Source: a bacterium
Lineage (GTDB): Bacteria; Bacteroidota; Ignavibacteria; Kapaibacteriales; Kapaibacteriaceae
Assembly (NCBI GenBank): GCA_036840065.1
Contig: DAITZZ010000008.1
Span: forward strand, 5,845-66,094
Direction of reading: 5' to 3'
Length of the DNA: 60,250 bases
In this document: one piece after another, positions 27,277-38,200 of the stretch
How positions within the stretch are numbered: the stretch's first letter is position 1
Layout of the letters: every line of letters starts with the position of its first letter
The notes under the pieces: generated by a model
What the model saw: the letters and a program-made list of their open reading frames with translations, nothing else
Database searches by the model: none
What the model was told of the DNA's origin: nothing
Position numbers and translations under genes: made by a program

Positions 27277-28445
27277 CGTCCGGTTGAGAGGTATTGCAGG
27301 GCAGACTCGGCAAGAAGTGCGGCACCGATCTTCATCGATTCCTCCTCCGGCGCAAAACGCGGATTGTGCAGTCCCGGCATAGCGTCGAGCTGAGTCGGGC
27401 GCCCGCCCAGCATCCAGAAACAGGCTGGCATCATCTGAGAGTAGTACGCAAAGTCCTCGGCCCACATCTTGGGCTCGAAGTCCAGAACATTCTCCTGACC
27501 CACGACGTCCTGGGCCACGCGGCGTGCGAAGGCCACGGCCTCGTGACTGTTGATCAGCGGCGGATACCCCTTAGAGATCTCAAGCTCGCCCTCGCACCCA
27601 TGAAGCGCGCAGTAGGCCTTGGTCTGCTCGGTGAGAAACTCCCAGGCACGTTCGCGCCAGGCAGCATCGAATGCGCGTAGGGTCCCCTTCATCTCGACAA
27701 CATCCGGTATGATGTTCGTGGCCGAGCCGCCGTGAATGCTCGTGATGGTCATCACACCAGGGTCCAGAGGGTTACGATTCTTGGTGATCAGACTCTGCAG
27801 GTGATGAACCAGTCCTGTTGCCGCCATGATCGGATCGCGCCCCTTGTGTGGCTGCGCCGCGTGTGCTCCAAAGCCCCTGATCGTCCAGTACAGTTCATCG
27901 GCCGAGGCAAGCATCGGACCTGCCACAAAGGACACCTTTCCGAAGGGGGCGTCGGGGTCAATGTGCTGACCGAAGATGACCTCAGGGGTGGGATCTTCCA
28001 AAGCCCCTTGGCTGATCATGATGCTTGCACCGCCGGGCGTCTTTTCTTCGCCTGGCTGGAAGAGCAGCTTAACGGTGCCGCTCAGCGCTGACTCTCGTTC
28101 TTTGAGTAGCCGTGCCACGGCCAGGAGCATCGTCGTGTGCGTGTCGTGTCCGCAGGCATGCATCACGCCCGGACGAGCCGAGGCGTATTCCAGACCGGTC
28201 TGTTCATCGATCGGAAGAGCGTCAATGTCGGCGCGAAGAGCTACCGTGCGCCCGCCGCTGCCGATGTGGGCCACAATGCCCGTTGTTGCAACGCGGCGAT
28301 GTTCGATACCGAATGTCGTCAGTATGTGCGAGATGAAATCAGCCGTCTCGAACTCCTGGAAGGAAAGCTCGGGATGACGGTGAAGGTGGCGCCGCGTTTC
28401 GATCATCCAGGGATAGATCGACTCGAGGTATTCACGCGTTGTCAT
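27273..28445 (-). CDS. M20D family amidohydrolase
   Basis: RRHLHRHPELSFQE, ALRADIDALP, MHACGHDTH, FQPGEE, EDFAYY, LHNPRF. Start moved to ATG 28445, which overlaps the dapF end. Confidence 0.92.
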   Translation of the reverse strand: MTTREYLESIYPWMIETRRHLHRHPELSFQEFETADFISHILTTFGIEHRRVATTGIVAHIGSGGRTVALRADIDALPIDEQTGLEYASARPGVMHACGHDTHTTMLLAVARLLKERESALSGTVKLLFQPGEEKTPGGASIMISQGALEDPTPEVIFGQHIDPDAPFGKVSFVAGPMLASADELYWTIRGFGAHAAQPHKGRDPIMAATGLVHHLQSLITKNRNPLDPGVMTITSIHGGSATNIIPDVVEMKGTLRAFDAAWRERAWEFLTEQTKAYCALHGCEGELEISKGYPPLINSHEAVAFARRVAQDVVGQENVLDFEPKMWAEDFAYYSQMMPACFWMLGGRPTQLDAMPGLHNPRFAPEEESMKIGAALLAESALQYLSTGR

Positions 28446-29226
28446 AGTTGGCATCTCCACGAAGTTCGATGGATGTAATATGTCCTCCGTCCTCATTGAT
28501 CCGCACGGCAAGTCGACGTCCGCTGGGCGGAATGATCACGTAGTCATGCACGGCCGGCTTGCGCATCCACATCGAAAGAGCCGCGCTGACGGCACCCGTG
28601 CCACAGGCCTGGGTGACGGCCTCGACACCGCGCTCAAAGGTCGCAAGAAGTAGCATCCCGTCGGAATTGGTCTGAAGCATGTTGACGTTTACCCCGCGCG
28701 GAAACACCGGATGATGCCGAAGTCGGAAAATCAGCGGGTCGGAAGCATCGTGCAGAGCGTCGATCACCACATGGTCGCTGTTGACGTTCACATACCAGAC
28801 CGGAACCGGGACATCCTCCAGAGTTCCGGGCGCGAAGTATCGCAGCTGCGCCGGCGGAGGAAGGATCACGCTTACGGATCCGTCCGCGTGCGCCTCACCG
28901 GCATAGGCACAGCCATTGAAATTCAGCTGAAGTGCTTCAGCGGCTGATGCCCCAGAATCGAGACCATACCGCAGAGCGCAGCGCGCACCATTGCCACAGA
29001 GCATCCCGCGTGTGCCATCGGGATTATAAAACTCCGCCACGATGGTCGACGTCGAGATCGAGCGTATACGAAGCAGACCCTCGATCGGTCGGTGATCGGC
29101 ACGTGGATGAAGAGCGATGAGGTCGCGCACGGACTCTGCCGAGAGCTCGCCGGAGCCGGGAGCATCTTGACGGTCATCGAGCAGAATGAAGGTATTGCCC
29201 GCACCGCTCATGTGACGCAGGGTCAT
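28432..29226 (-). CDS. dapF: Diaminopimelate epimerase
   Basis: HMSGAGNTF, YNPDG..MLCGNGARC, GVNVN, FERGV..TQACGTGA. Confidence 0.93.
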   Translation of the reverse strand: MTLRHMSGAGNTFILLDDRQDAPGSGELSAESVRDLIALHPRADHRPIEGLLRIRSISTSTIVAEFYNPDGTRGMLCGNGARCALRYGLDSGASAAEALQLNFNGCAYAGEAHADGSVSVILPPPAQLRYFAPGTLEDVPVPVWYVNVNSDHVVIDALHDASDPLIFRLRHHPVFPRGVNVNMLQTNSDGMLLLATFERGVEAVTQACGTGAVSAALSMWMRKPAVHDYVIIPPSGRRLAVRINEDGGHITSIELRGDANYDNA

Positions 29227-30008
29227 GTCTGGGCCTCCAGGGCCGACACGAGCTCGGCATGTATCTGGCCGTTGGTTGCGATGATCGAATCAGCTCCGAG
29301 CGTGAACTGGCGTCCGCCATAGTGCGTGACTCTTCCGGCCGCCTCCTGCACCAACAGAACTCCGGCGGCCATATCCCAGGGCGAGAGGGCAACCTCCCAG
29401 TAACCGTCAAAGCGGCCATCAGCAACGTAGGCCAGATCGAGCGCTGCGCTGCCGAGGCGGCGCACCGGAAGCCCCCTGCCAACGATCGAAGCGAACTGAT
29501 CGATGCAGCCGCCCGGGTTGACGTCGACGTTGTACGGAAAACCCGTCACCAGAATGCTTGAGTCGAGCCTCGAGGTCGACGAGACGTGCATGGGTCGCCC
29601 ATTGCAGAAAGCCCCTTTGCCTGCTTCGGCCGTAAAGGTCTCGTGCAGAAGGGGCTGATGGATGACACCGCAGAGAATGCGCCCATGATGCACGGCGGCG
29701 ATCGAAACGCAGAATATCGGGATGCCATGAGCAAAGTTGACCGTTCCGTCGAGCGGGTCGATAACCCAGAGCAGCTCGTCAGGCCCGTGATGCCGGCCAC
29801 TTTCTTCGGCCAGAAACCCAGCATTGGGCGTATGCGCACGAAGCACATCAATGATGCAGCGCTCGCTGCGGTGATCGAACTCGGTCACGAGGTTGTGCCG
29901 ACCCTCTTTGGATTCGGTGCGATGTGTTGATCCGAAGCCACTGCGAAGGATGGCGCCGGCTTGGCCGGCAGCTTCGAGGGCAGCCTGAAGAAGAAGGTCG
30001 CTGGACAT
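29223..30008 (-). CDS. suhB: Inositol monophosphatase family (SuhB)
   Basis: LAEES, WVIDPLDGTVNFAHG, RRLGSAALDL, WDMAAG; alternative TTG start at 30026. Confidence 0.92.
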   Translation of the reverse strand: MSSDLLLQAALEAAGQAGAILRSGFGSTHRTESKEGRHNLVTEFDHRSERCIIDVLRAHTPNAGFLAEESGRHHGPDELLWVIDPLDGTVNFAHGIPIFCVSIAAVHHGRILCGVIHQPLLHETFTAEAGKGAFCNGRPMHVSSTSRLDSSILVTGFPYNVDVNPGGCIDQFASIVGRGLPVRRLGSAALDLAYVADGRFDGYWEVALSPWDMAAGVLLVQEAAGRVTHYGGRQFTLGADSIIATNGQIHAELVSALEAQT

Positions 30009-30018
30009 TTCCGTGTTG

Positions 30019-30648
30019 TTACCCAAGAACCGTGTTGGCCTCGTGCCGGATCAGCGTCGCAAGCATCTGCAGTCGGATATCCGCAGCCGCCTCGGCAATC
30101 GGGACGTACCTGTCCAACGTAGCCGAAACGTACAGCACAGGGTTCTTTTTAAGGTTGAAGTTCAGGCAGCGAAAATTATCCAGTCGGGCTGCGAGTTTCA
30201 CCAGTAGGCAGTCCTGACTTGCCTTTCGAAGACGTTCGGCATAGTAGGCGTCTACGCGCTCGGGGTCGACCTTTGCCGCGTCAAGATCCTTGGTGAGTGT
30301 CTCGACGATGTACGCCACATAGGAACCGAAGTTGTACTCCAAAACTTCACGGGTGATCGTCTTGGAGTCCTCCAGCACATCGTGAAGCAGAGCCGCAATG
30401 ATCACATCGGTGTCATAGATCTTCAGCTCATCCATGAGAATCATCACCGTGCGGGCGATGTGATCAAAGTATGGCGTACCATCGTTTCGAAGCTTGCCGG
30501 CATGGACTGAAGATGCCATTTCGAATGCATCGAGTACACGGTTTACCTGAATTGGGTCACCGTTGAGAAGCACCCGCGACTGCAGGTCTTCGGCCGTCAG
30601 CGTTCGCCTGTTGTAGTCAGGCATGGACTCATCAGAAAACCGTTCCAT
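30019..30648 (-). CDS. Stand-alone RelA/SpoT-type HD domain protein (small alarmone hydrolase/Mesh1-like)
   Basis: H..KLRNDGTPYFDH, AALLHDVLED, FGSYVAYIVETLTKD, VKLAARLDN. Confidence 0.85.
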   Translation of the reverse strand: MERFSDESMPDYNRRTLTAEDLQSRVLLNGDPIQVNRVLDAFEMASSVHAGKLRNDGTPYFDHIARTVMILMDELKIYDTDVIIAALLHDVLEDSKTITREVLEYNFGSYVAYIVETLTKDLDAAKVDPERVDAYYAERLRKASQDCLLVKLAARLDNFRCLNFNLKKNPVLYVSATLDRYVPIAEAAADIRLQMLATLIRHEANTVLG

Positions 30649-30650
30649 GC

Positions 30651-32339
30651 TCAGCTGGCCTTCCGTGCTGTCTTTGGCGAGGACCTCTGCATGAGTTCTT
30701 TCGCTCCGTTGAGCGACGTCTCCGTGACGTCTGCTCCGCTGAGGAGCATTGCCACGTCGCGCTGTGCTTCTGCCGAACCAATGCGAACAGCCGTGACGCT
30801 CGTTCGATCACCGGAGGAGCTCTTCGTGACGCGGATAAAGTTGTCCGCCAGCGATGCGATCTGTGCAAGATGCGTTATGCACACCAGCTGCAGGCGCTGC
30901 GCTAGCTGCTGCATGATCATGCCCACCGTGCGTGCAACTCGGCCGCTGATGCCCGTGTCGATCTCGTCGAGCACGACCGTTCCGGTTGGGATTCTTTCGA
31001 GCAACGCGCGCTTGATCGCCAGCATTACGCGCGAGAGTTCGCCCCCTGAGGCGATCTTGGCAAGGGGGCGAAGGGGTTCGCCGGAGTTGGCAGCAAAGAG
31101 GATCTCCACGCCGTCGGCACCCGTCGGCCCAAGTTCGCGTGGAGTGATATCGAGTCGCACGGATGCGGCCGGCATGCCCATCTCGTGCAGACTTGCATTG
31201 ACGAGCGTTGCGAACGACTCGCTGCCAGCGCGGCGCTGCTGACACAGTGTCGCTGCCAGCTCGCTGGCGGCTGACAGAGCAAGGGCATGCTCGCGCTCGG
31301 CATCGGCAAGTGCGTCATCGAGATGTTCCACCTCGTGCAGGTCACGGGCAACGGCCTCAAGTCGCTCGACGGCGTGTTCCAGTGAACCGTACTTGCGGAT
31401 AAGACGTTGTAACGACGCATGGCGCTGACGCATGTCTTCGAGGCGTTGCGGATCGCGGTCATCAGCATCGGCAAGAATAGCGGCACTCGCGGCGGCTTCC
31501 TTGCAGACGATCAGAGCCGACTCCAGATCCAACGCCACGCTTTGCATGTTCACATCGAATTGTTGGAGCTGCCTGACCGATTCGATGGCGCTGCGGATAA
31601 GATCGTAGGCCGACGGGTCTCCGGCGTAGAGACGTTCGCGGACGCTGACGGCAAGGCCAACAACGTGTTCTCCAGCTTCGATGCGCCGCAGTTCCATGGC
31701 GATCTCTGTGTCTTCACCCGGCGTGGGGCCGATCGACGCGATTTCATCGTGGATGAACTGCAGGCGGGCACGATCGGCGTCGGCGTCGCGTGCTCGTTGG
31801 CGAAGATCTTCGACCTGCCGCGCAGCGCGCGACAGGGTCTGATAGCGCTCGGACATCAATGATCGCAGTCCCGGGGCATCAGTGAGCGCAAATGCGTCAA
31901 AGGCGTCAAGATGTGTCGATGGTGACATAAGTCCCAGCGTGTCGTGCTGACCATGGACATCAACAAGCATGGAGGCCAGCTGACGCGTGATCGTGCTCTG
32001 CACGGGAGTGTCATTGATGAAGCTTCGTGACGCCCCCTGGGCGGCGATTTCTCGTCGAAGGACAACTTCCGGAGCTTCCCAGGAAAGCTCATGCGAGGAG
32101 ATAAACTCGCTTGCAGCAGGACGCCGGGAGATATCGAAGGTGGCCTCAATGACGGCCTTTCGAGCCCCCTGACGAACAAGGTCTGCCGAGACGCGTTCGC
32201 CCATGGCGGCGGCCAGTGCGTCGATAATGATCGACTTGCCTGCTCCGGTTTCGCCAAGCAGAACGGTCATCCCGCCATCGAATTCAAGATCAATCTCGTC
32301 GATGAGGGTAAATGATCGGATGGTCAGTCGTCGAAGCAC
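30651..32339 (-). CDS. recN: DNA repair protein RecN
   Basis: GETGAGKS, VDVHGQHD, KIASGGELSR, LDEIDTGISG, CITHLAQIAS. Confidence 0.96.
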   Translation of the reverse strand: MLRRLTIRSFTLIDEIDLEFDGGMTVLLGETGAGKSIIIDALAAAMGERVSADLVRQGARKAVIEATFDISRRPAASEFISSHELSWEAPEVVLRREIAAQGASRSFINDTPVQSTITRQLASMLVDVHGQHDTLGLMSPSTHLDAFDAFALTDAPGLRSLMSERYQTLSRAARQVEDLRQRARDADADRARLQFIHDEIASIGPTPGEDTEIAMELRRIEAGEHVVGLAVSVRERLYAGDPSAYDLIRSAIESVRQLQQFDVNMQSVALDLESALIVCKEAAASAAILADADDRDPQRLEDMRQRHASLQRLIRKYGSLEHAVERLEAVARDLHEVEHLDDALADAEREHALALSAASELAATLCQQRRAGSESFATLVNASLHEMGMPAASVRLDITPRELGPTGADGVEILFAANSGEPLRPLAKIASGGELSRVMLAIKRALLERIPTGTVVLDEIDTGISGRVARTVGMIMQQLAQRLQLVCITHLAQIASLADNFIRVTKSSSGDRTSVTAVRIGSAEAQRDVAMLLSGADVTETSLNGAKELMQRSSPKTARKAS

Positions 32340-32361
32340 GATGAATGCGGACAGAAATGGT

Positions 32362-32526
32362 TCAGAGCCGCGTCAGACGACGCTGGAAGAGTTTGAATGC
32401 TCCGTATCCACAGGCGGCGAGCAATGCCGCGCCCGCCAGAACATGCACTTCCTGTCCGACGTAAATGACCAGGATGGTGGCCACATAGGTTGTCAGAATA
32501 AGCGCGAGGATCCACAAGGCAGCCAT
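32362..32526 (-). CDS. Small 54-aa two-TM membrane protein (not in the ORF track)
   Basis: Hand-translated MAALWILALILTTYVATILVIYVGQEVHVLAGAALLAACGYGAFKLFQRRLTRL*; fills the hflX-recN gap with 6-nt and 22-nt spacers. Confidence 0.72.
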   Translation of the reverse strand: MAALWILALILTTYVATILVIYVGQEVHVLAGAALLAACGYGAFKLFQRRLTRL

Positions 32527-32532
32527 AGGTGC

Positions 32533-33834
32533 TCACAAAGCAGATGTGTGGGAGGGGACTTCGTTGGTGACGTATTGCCGATACTTGGCCGTGAAAGGCG
32601 CCAGCAGGTCGGCAGGCACGCGAACCGACAATAATACATCGGAATCTTCATCGCTTCGGCGCAGAACTTCGACCTCCGAATAGAGCCGAGCAACGATGTT
32701 CATACTCTCGTAGGGAATTCGCAGCGTGCGTAGAACGGCCGACTCTTCATAGGTCGATTGCATGACGTGAAGAAGCCGGTCGATGTTTAGCCCGCGATGA
32801 GCACTGACAAACACGCATCCGGGAGATTCGGCCTCGGCGTCATCAAGAAGTTCACGCTGCTGAACGTTGTCGATCTTGTTGAAGACGACGATCACCGGCG
32901 TATCTGAAGCGCCGAGTTCTGAAAGTGTTGACTCGACAACCGCCATGTGTTCGCGGTAGTGTGGGTTGGAGACGTCCACCACGTGAAGCAGAATATCAGC
33001 TTCGAGTGTTTCGGATAGCGTCGAACGGAAGGAAGCCACAAGCTGCGTTGGCAGTTTTCGAATGAATCCGACGGTGTCGGAGATAAGGGCCTTTTGTCCG
33101 GACGGCAGTGCAAACGTCCGCACCGTCGTATCCAGAGTCGCAAAAAGCTGGTCCTGCACATACACGTCGGCCTGAGTCAGCACGCGCATGAGGGAGGACT
33201 TTCCAGCATTGGTATAGCCCACCAGTGCGAACCGTGGCAGACCTTCCCGGCCTTTACGCTGCACCATACGCTGTACGTCGATCTCCTTGAGCTTTTCGCG
33301 CAGACGCTGCATGCGCGTGCGGTACATGCGACGGTCGGTCTCGATCTGTGTTTCGCCCGGACCCTTTGTGCCGACACCTCCGAACTGCTTGGAAAGGTGC
33401 GTCCACATGCGCGTCAGACGCGGCAGAAGATACTCGAGCTGAGCAAGTTCCACCTGCGTGCGAGCCTCCTGTGTGCGGGCATGCGAGGCGAAAATGTCCA
33501 GGATCACATTGCTCCGGTCGAGAACCTTGACCTTCAATGCCTCTTCGAGATTCCTCACCTGGGCGGGGGAAAGCTCATCATCGAACACCACGCATGATGC
33601 TCCGGAGGTGTCAACAAGCTCCTTCAGCTCCTCAACCTTGCCTTTGCCGAAGGCCGTCGAGATGTCCGGTCGTTCGCGTTCCTGGGTCAGACGACCCACC
33701 ACATCGACCCCTGCAGTGTCGAGGAGCATGACGAGTTCTTCAAGATGCTCATCGACGACATCCGGATCAGCCCCCTTTTTAATGACGGCTGAGATCACGG
33801 CGCGCTCTCTTGGCAGTAAACCTATATCGTGCAC
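32533..33834 (-). CDS. hflX: GTPase HflX
   Basis: FDDELSPAQ, QVELAQLEYLLPRL, GPGETQIETDRR, GYTNAGKSS, FATLDTT, SDTVGFI, NKID. GTG 33834 follows GAGG and lies downstream of a -7 element; ATG 33885 is the alternative start. Confidence 0.94.
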   Translation of the reverse strand: MHDIGLLPRERAVISAVIKKGADPDVVDEHLEELVMLLDTAGVDVVGRLTQERERPDISTAFGKGKVEELKELVDTSGASCVVFDDELSPAQVRNLEEALKVKVLDRSNVILDIFASHARTQEARTQVELAQLEYLLPRLTRMWTHLSKQFGGVGTKGPGETQIETDRRMYRTRMQRLREKLKEIDVQRMVQRKGREGLPRFALVGYTNAGKSSLMRVLTQADVYVQDQLFATLDTTVRTFALPSGQKALISDTVGFIRKLPTQLVASFRSTLSETLEADILLHVVDVSNPHYREHMAVVESTLSELGASDTPVIVVFNKIDNVQQRELLDDAEAESPGCVFVSAHRGLNIDRLLHVMQSTYEESAVLRTLRIPYESMNIVARLYSEVEVLRRSDEDSDVLLSVRVPADLLAPFTAKYRQYVTNEVPSHTSAL

Positions 33835-33860
33835 AGAACCTCGGTGTGGAATCAACGTCG

Positions 33861-33868
33861 CAAAAGTA
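33861..33868 (-). promoter_or_regulatory. -7 element TACTTTTG for the hflX-recN operon
   Basis: Minus strand reads ccgTACTTTTGc. Confidence 0.65.
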
Positions 33869-33899
33869 CGGCTCACGCTGGCCATCCTTGCATGTGGCG

Positions 33900-33907
33900 T
33901 AGATTTG
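33900..33907 (+). promoter_or_regulatory. -7 element TAGATTTG for the OstA-like operon
   Basis: gcgTAGATTTG, ending 6 nt before ATG 33914. Confidence 0.65.
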
Positions 33908-33913
33908 GTCGGT

Positions 33914-35200
33914 ATGCGAGTTGTTGTGATCATCATATTCATGCAATTGCTTGCCGCCGCCGTCATGCAGGCCCAGGACGGGATCGGCCCTGAGATCCCG
34001 ATCGTTCTGGAGAATGCCGACAGTCTCATTGGCAGCGGAACAGTTGATGCTTCAGTACGGACGTTTCAGGGTAATGTGCGTTTTTCACAGGGAAACGTGA
34101 CAGGGCGCTGTGACAGGGCTGTCCATGACGTGGTCCGCAACACGATCGAGCTCACCGGTTCGGTACTTATCCGACAGTCCGAGATGACCATTGCCGCCCC
34201 CTCTGTGCGCTATGATGGACGCGTATCGATCGCTTATGCACCTCGGGGGCTGCGTGTGGATCAGGGCCGAATGTCCATCACCTCTCGCACGGGCCGCTAT
34301 GACCTGCGCAGACGCATCGCCGTGTTCCAGCAGAACGTGCATGCCGTGGATGATTCGACCCGCATTTGGTGCGACTCTCTCGTTCACGACCGCACCGTCG
34401 ATACCATGCTGGCGGTTGGAAGCGTTGTGATCCAGGATTCGGGACGTCATTCGTGGTTTGGAGCCGATCAAGCGCGACGTGACGCAAACGCGGGGACGTT
34501 GAGGCTGACCGGATCGGCGCGGGCCTGGACTTGGCAGCACGGCAGAGGGCAATCCGCCGACACCGTCTTCATCGCTGCTGACGAGATGCGCACCGAATCA
34601 GCTGGTGAGAGTCTCACCCGACGCATGATCGCCATCGGCAACGTCAGGCTGGTGCGTGCCGAGGCAGCGGCCACGTCCGGAAAGATGGAGTATTCAGACG
34701 GGGATAGCCTGATCGACCTGACCGAGTCGCCGGTTGTATGGTCCGACTCCTCAGTCTTAGTGGCTGCGTCGATCCAGGCGCGCAGCTCGGGTGGGGAGAT
34801 CCGCACGATTGTCGGCGACGGTGATGCCGTTCTGATCTCCCGCTCGGATACGCTCTTACCGGAGAGATACGACCAGATCGTTGGCAAGCGAATCACGATC
34901 GCCATCCAGCCAGACTCCGTAAAAATGCTTACGGCTTCGGGTGATGCACAGAGCATCACGTTCCGTCAGGAGTCAGGCGATCGAAAGGGGCTTGCCAAGG
35001 TCGCCGCCGACACGATCAATGCCACCATCGTTGACAATGCTCTGACCGACGTATTCTGGCTTGGTGGCGTTAGCGGCGAGAATCATCCCGAGCGTCTGGT
35101 CAGTGGGCGCGAGGCCGAGTTTACGGTTCCGGGATTTCGACTCCCGCCACGTCGACCCATCTATGAACCTGCACCCATACGGCGTTCGATGTTGCGATAG
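33914..35200 (+). CDS. OstA/LptA/LptD N-terminal-like beta-jellyroll periplasmic protein
   Basis: Signal peptide; LENADSLIG..FQGNVRFSQG..CDRA; repeated GNV/GSV strands; ADT/GDS motifs. Confidence 0.75.
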   Translation: MRVVVIIIFMQLLAAAVMQAQDGIGPEIPIVLENADSLIGSGTVDASVRTFQGNVRFSQGNVTGRCDRAVHDVVRNTIELTGSVLIRQSEMTIAAPSVRYDGRVSIAYAPRGLRVDQGRMSITSRTGRYDLRRRIAVFQQNVHAVDDSTRIWCDSLVHDRTVDTMLAVGSVVIQDSGRHSWFGADQARRDANAGTLRLTGSARAWTWQHGRGQSADTVFIAADEMRTESAGESLTRRMIAIGNVRLVRAEAAATSGKMEYSDGDSLIDLTESPVVWSDSSVLVAASIQARSSGGEIRTIVGDGDAVLISRSDTLLPERYDQIVGKRITIAIQPDSVKMLTASGDAQSITFRQESGDRKGLAKVAADTINATIVDNALTDVFWLGGVSGENHPERLVSGREAEFTVPGFRLPPRRPIYEPAPIRRSMLR

Positions 35201-35229
35201 CCACGTCAAAGTCGTAACATGGCCGCGAT

Positions 35230-38200
35230 GTGAAAAGAGCCCCACTCATCCTCGTTGCCTTAGGTCTTGTTTTCGGTCTGCAGCTATCTGCGCAGATCGA
35301 GAAGGTGTTGCCGAAGCGGAGCTCATCATCACTGGAAGGAACGTCCTTCGTTGTCGGGTTCATGCAGAATGAGATCCTGGAGATCGGCGCTGACCCGCGG
35401 CTGCAAATCTTCATCTCGTCGCAGTACGATGCAACGGTAACCATCGAGTCGGCAGCATTGGGGCGAGTTGTCGTTCCGATCGCGGCAAAGACCGTGCACG
35501 TTGAGACGCTCAGCCCCTATCATGCCAACACCGCCTCGGAGATGGTCCAGCAGAAGAGCGTCTTTATCACATCGGACGTCCCGGTGGTTGTCTACGTTCT
35601 CAATACGCTCCTGCGGTCGACAGACTCCTATGCGGCAATCCCCATACGGCATCTCGGAACGCAGTATTACAGTGTCAACCGTCCAACAGACTATTACCTG
35701 CCGAACAACCGTGATCGCACGGCTACGATCCCGCGTGTGGGTGAGTTCATGGTCATGGCCGTTGAAGATGACACCCGTGTGACCATTACTCCCGCGGCAA
35801 CGACAGGCCGGATGGGTATCGCGGCCCGTACGCCGTTTAGTGTCAATCTCGACAAGGGCGACTGTTATCTCGTGCAGGCACGGGCCACGGGGCATGGCAG
35901 AGATGACCTTACGGGGTCGTCGATCAGTTCTACCAAACCTGTTGCCGTGATATCCGGCCATATGCGCAGTAGCATACCGTTGTCAATGGGCGGCTCGAAG
36001 GATCATCTTGTCGAGCAGCTGACGCCGGCAGATAAATGGGGACGTGCCTACGTTACAGCACCGCTTGCCATGAGCAACAGACCTGACATGTACAGGATCA
36101 TGGCGTCTCTGCCGGGGCAAACGATCCGACTGACCACCGCCAACGGACTGAAGAACTTTCAGCTATCAGCGGTGGGTGCTTGGGCCGACACGCTGCTCTC
36201 GGAGCCTGCTTCATGGAGTTCGGCCGACCCCTTCTTCATGGTCCAACTGATGTCGAGTCAGATCGATACTACACGATCCTTCGATCCGGCTATGGTGATC
36301 GTGCCACCGATCGAGCAGTTCGTGAACGAAACGCTGTTCCGGTTCCCAACGCTGGAACCGGACAACAGCATTCGCAATCAGCGCTTTTTCTATTGCATCA
36401 ACCTTGTGGCGACTCACGATGCCCTCTCGACGCTCAGGATCGACGGTCGATTGGCGACTGCCACGGCACCGCTGCTCGCAATGCAGGTCGTTCCCGGTAC
36501 GAGCATTCACTGGGCGCATGTATATCTACAGGAAGGTACGCACGTTGTCACCTGTGACAGCGGTTCATTCAGTGCCATCATGTACGGAACGTCAAGGAAT
36601 GACTCCTATGCCAATCTTGTGGGGCTGGCGTTTGAGCCTCTGAGAAAACGCGACGATACGCCCCCTGTGTATAGCTCGAAGATCGACTGCGGGACTGTCA
36701 CGGGCAGCATTCGAGACACCTCGCGCGACACAGCAAATCTCAAGGACGTTGCGGTGATTGGCTCCAGAACGTTTAACTACATCTGGTCGATCTCCGAGCC
36801 CCTTGACTCTGCGGGCAGCGTAGAGTTCCAGGCGAGCGTGCGCGACATGACCCGAGATGCACAGTTGGTTATCCACGCCTATGATGATCGAGGAAACGGC
36901 AAGGAATGGCTCTACCGATACGATGCTCCGCTGATCGATGTCGTCCGAGACGTTGTAATCGACGCTCAGCGGGGAAGAGAGCGTTGCACGACGGTGGTGA
37001 TCCGCAATAGGGACTCGACACCGGTGACCATTCGTGGGCTCAGCAGGCAGGGGAATCAACGCATCATCGTTACCGACCCATCCGGTCCTTTCACGATCAA
37101 TGCCCGGGATTCGGTCTCGGTGCGGGTATGCGCAACGCAGTGGGCCGACACCACGGTGATGGCCGCGTCGATCGACATTGAGCTGGCCTGCGGACTGTTT
37201 CGAACGTTCTACGTTAAAACGCGTGTCAGCTCAAGTATCACTGGCGATACGATCGACTTCGGTGACGTGCGTCTTGGTGACACAGCATGCGGGCGTGTGG
37301 CGATCATCAACAACGGAGATAGACCCACCGATCTTGAAAAGCTCATTGCCACGAGGCTCGACTCCAGTTTTGTACTTGATACCGCGGCGCTTGGTCTCCC
37401 ACGAACGATCCCAGCCGGTGATACGGTCTGGGTCGACGTTTGCGTCATACCGCGTCAGCAGGGGGCGATCACACGAATCGACTCTATCGTCTCATCCTCT
37501 GGAGTGGATGCGTGGATTGTCTGCCGGGCCCGCGGCGTGCAACCTCGTGTTGCATCGGTAGTGATCGACTGGAAAGAACGTCGTGTAGGTTCAATCAATG
37601 ACACGACGATCGTTCTGCGCAATACCGGCGATGGGTGGTGTCTGGCTGAACCCTCCCTTGCACCGGCTTCTTCAGCGTTCTTACTCTCGGGAGTTCCCAG
37701 TTCAGGGGCTCGACTTGATGCCGGGGACTCGCTACTGCTTCGAGCATCATTCCGTCCAATGACGCGCGATACTCTCTCAACGGTTGCGCCTGTAAGCATC
37801 GACTGGACTCCGCACGCGCCCGTGTCGATCACGTTGATGGGCATAGGGGTGATGCCGGATATCGCGCTGCAGGACGTGAACTTTGGCACCATCGTTATTG
37901 ACACGCAGCGAGACACTCTTGTTGACCTCATCACCACTGGATATTCGGGCGGGAACGCGGAGTTGCTCGTGCGGGCCATCAGTATTGTTGGTCCCGACTC
38001 ATCGAGTTTTGTGCTTCCTGCATCACTCTTCACCAGCGTCGGAACACGCCGCCCCCTTCCGTCACGACTTCAGGACGTTGTTGTCTTTGCTCCCACGCGA
38101 CTCGGCCTACATGAGTGTTTCGTCGATGTCGACCACGACGCCGTGCCGCACGGTCAGGTTGGGCGCAGCAGATTCCGGCTCTATGGCCGTGCCATCGACA

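Noticed and set aside
33458-33913. N-terminal extension of the OstA-like ORF overlapping hflX (also the extensions at 7457, 24950, 25867 and 58033, and to 1650, 15441 and 58764)
   Set aside because: They overlap convincing neighbouring genes; downstream starts with signal peptides, family-typical N-termini or promoter elements fit better
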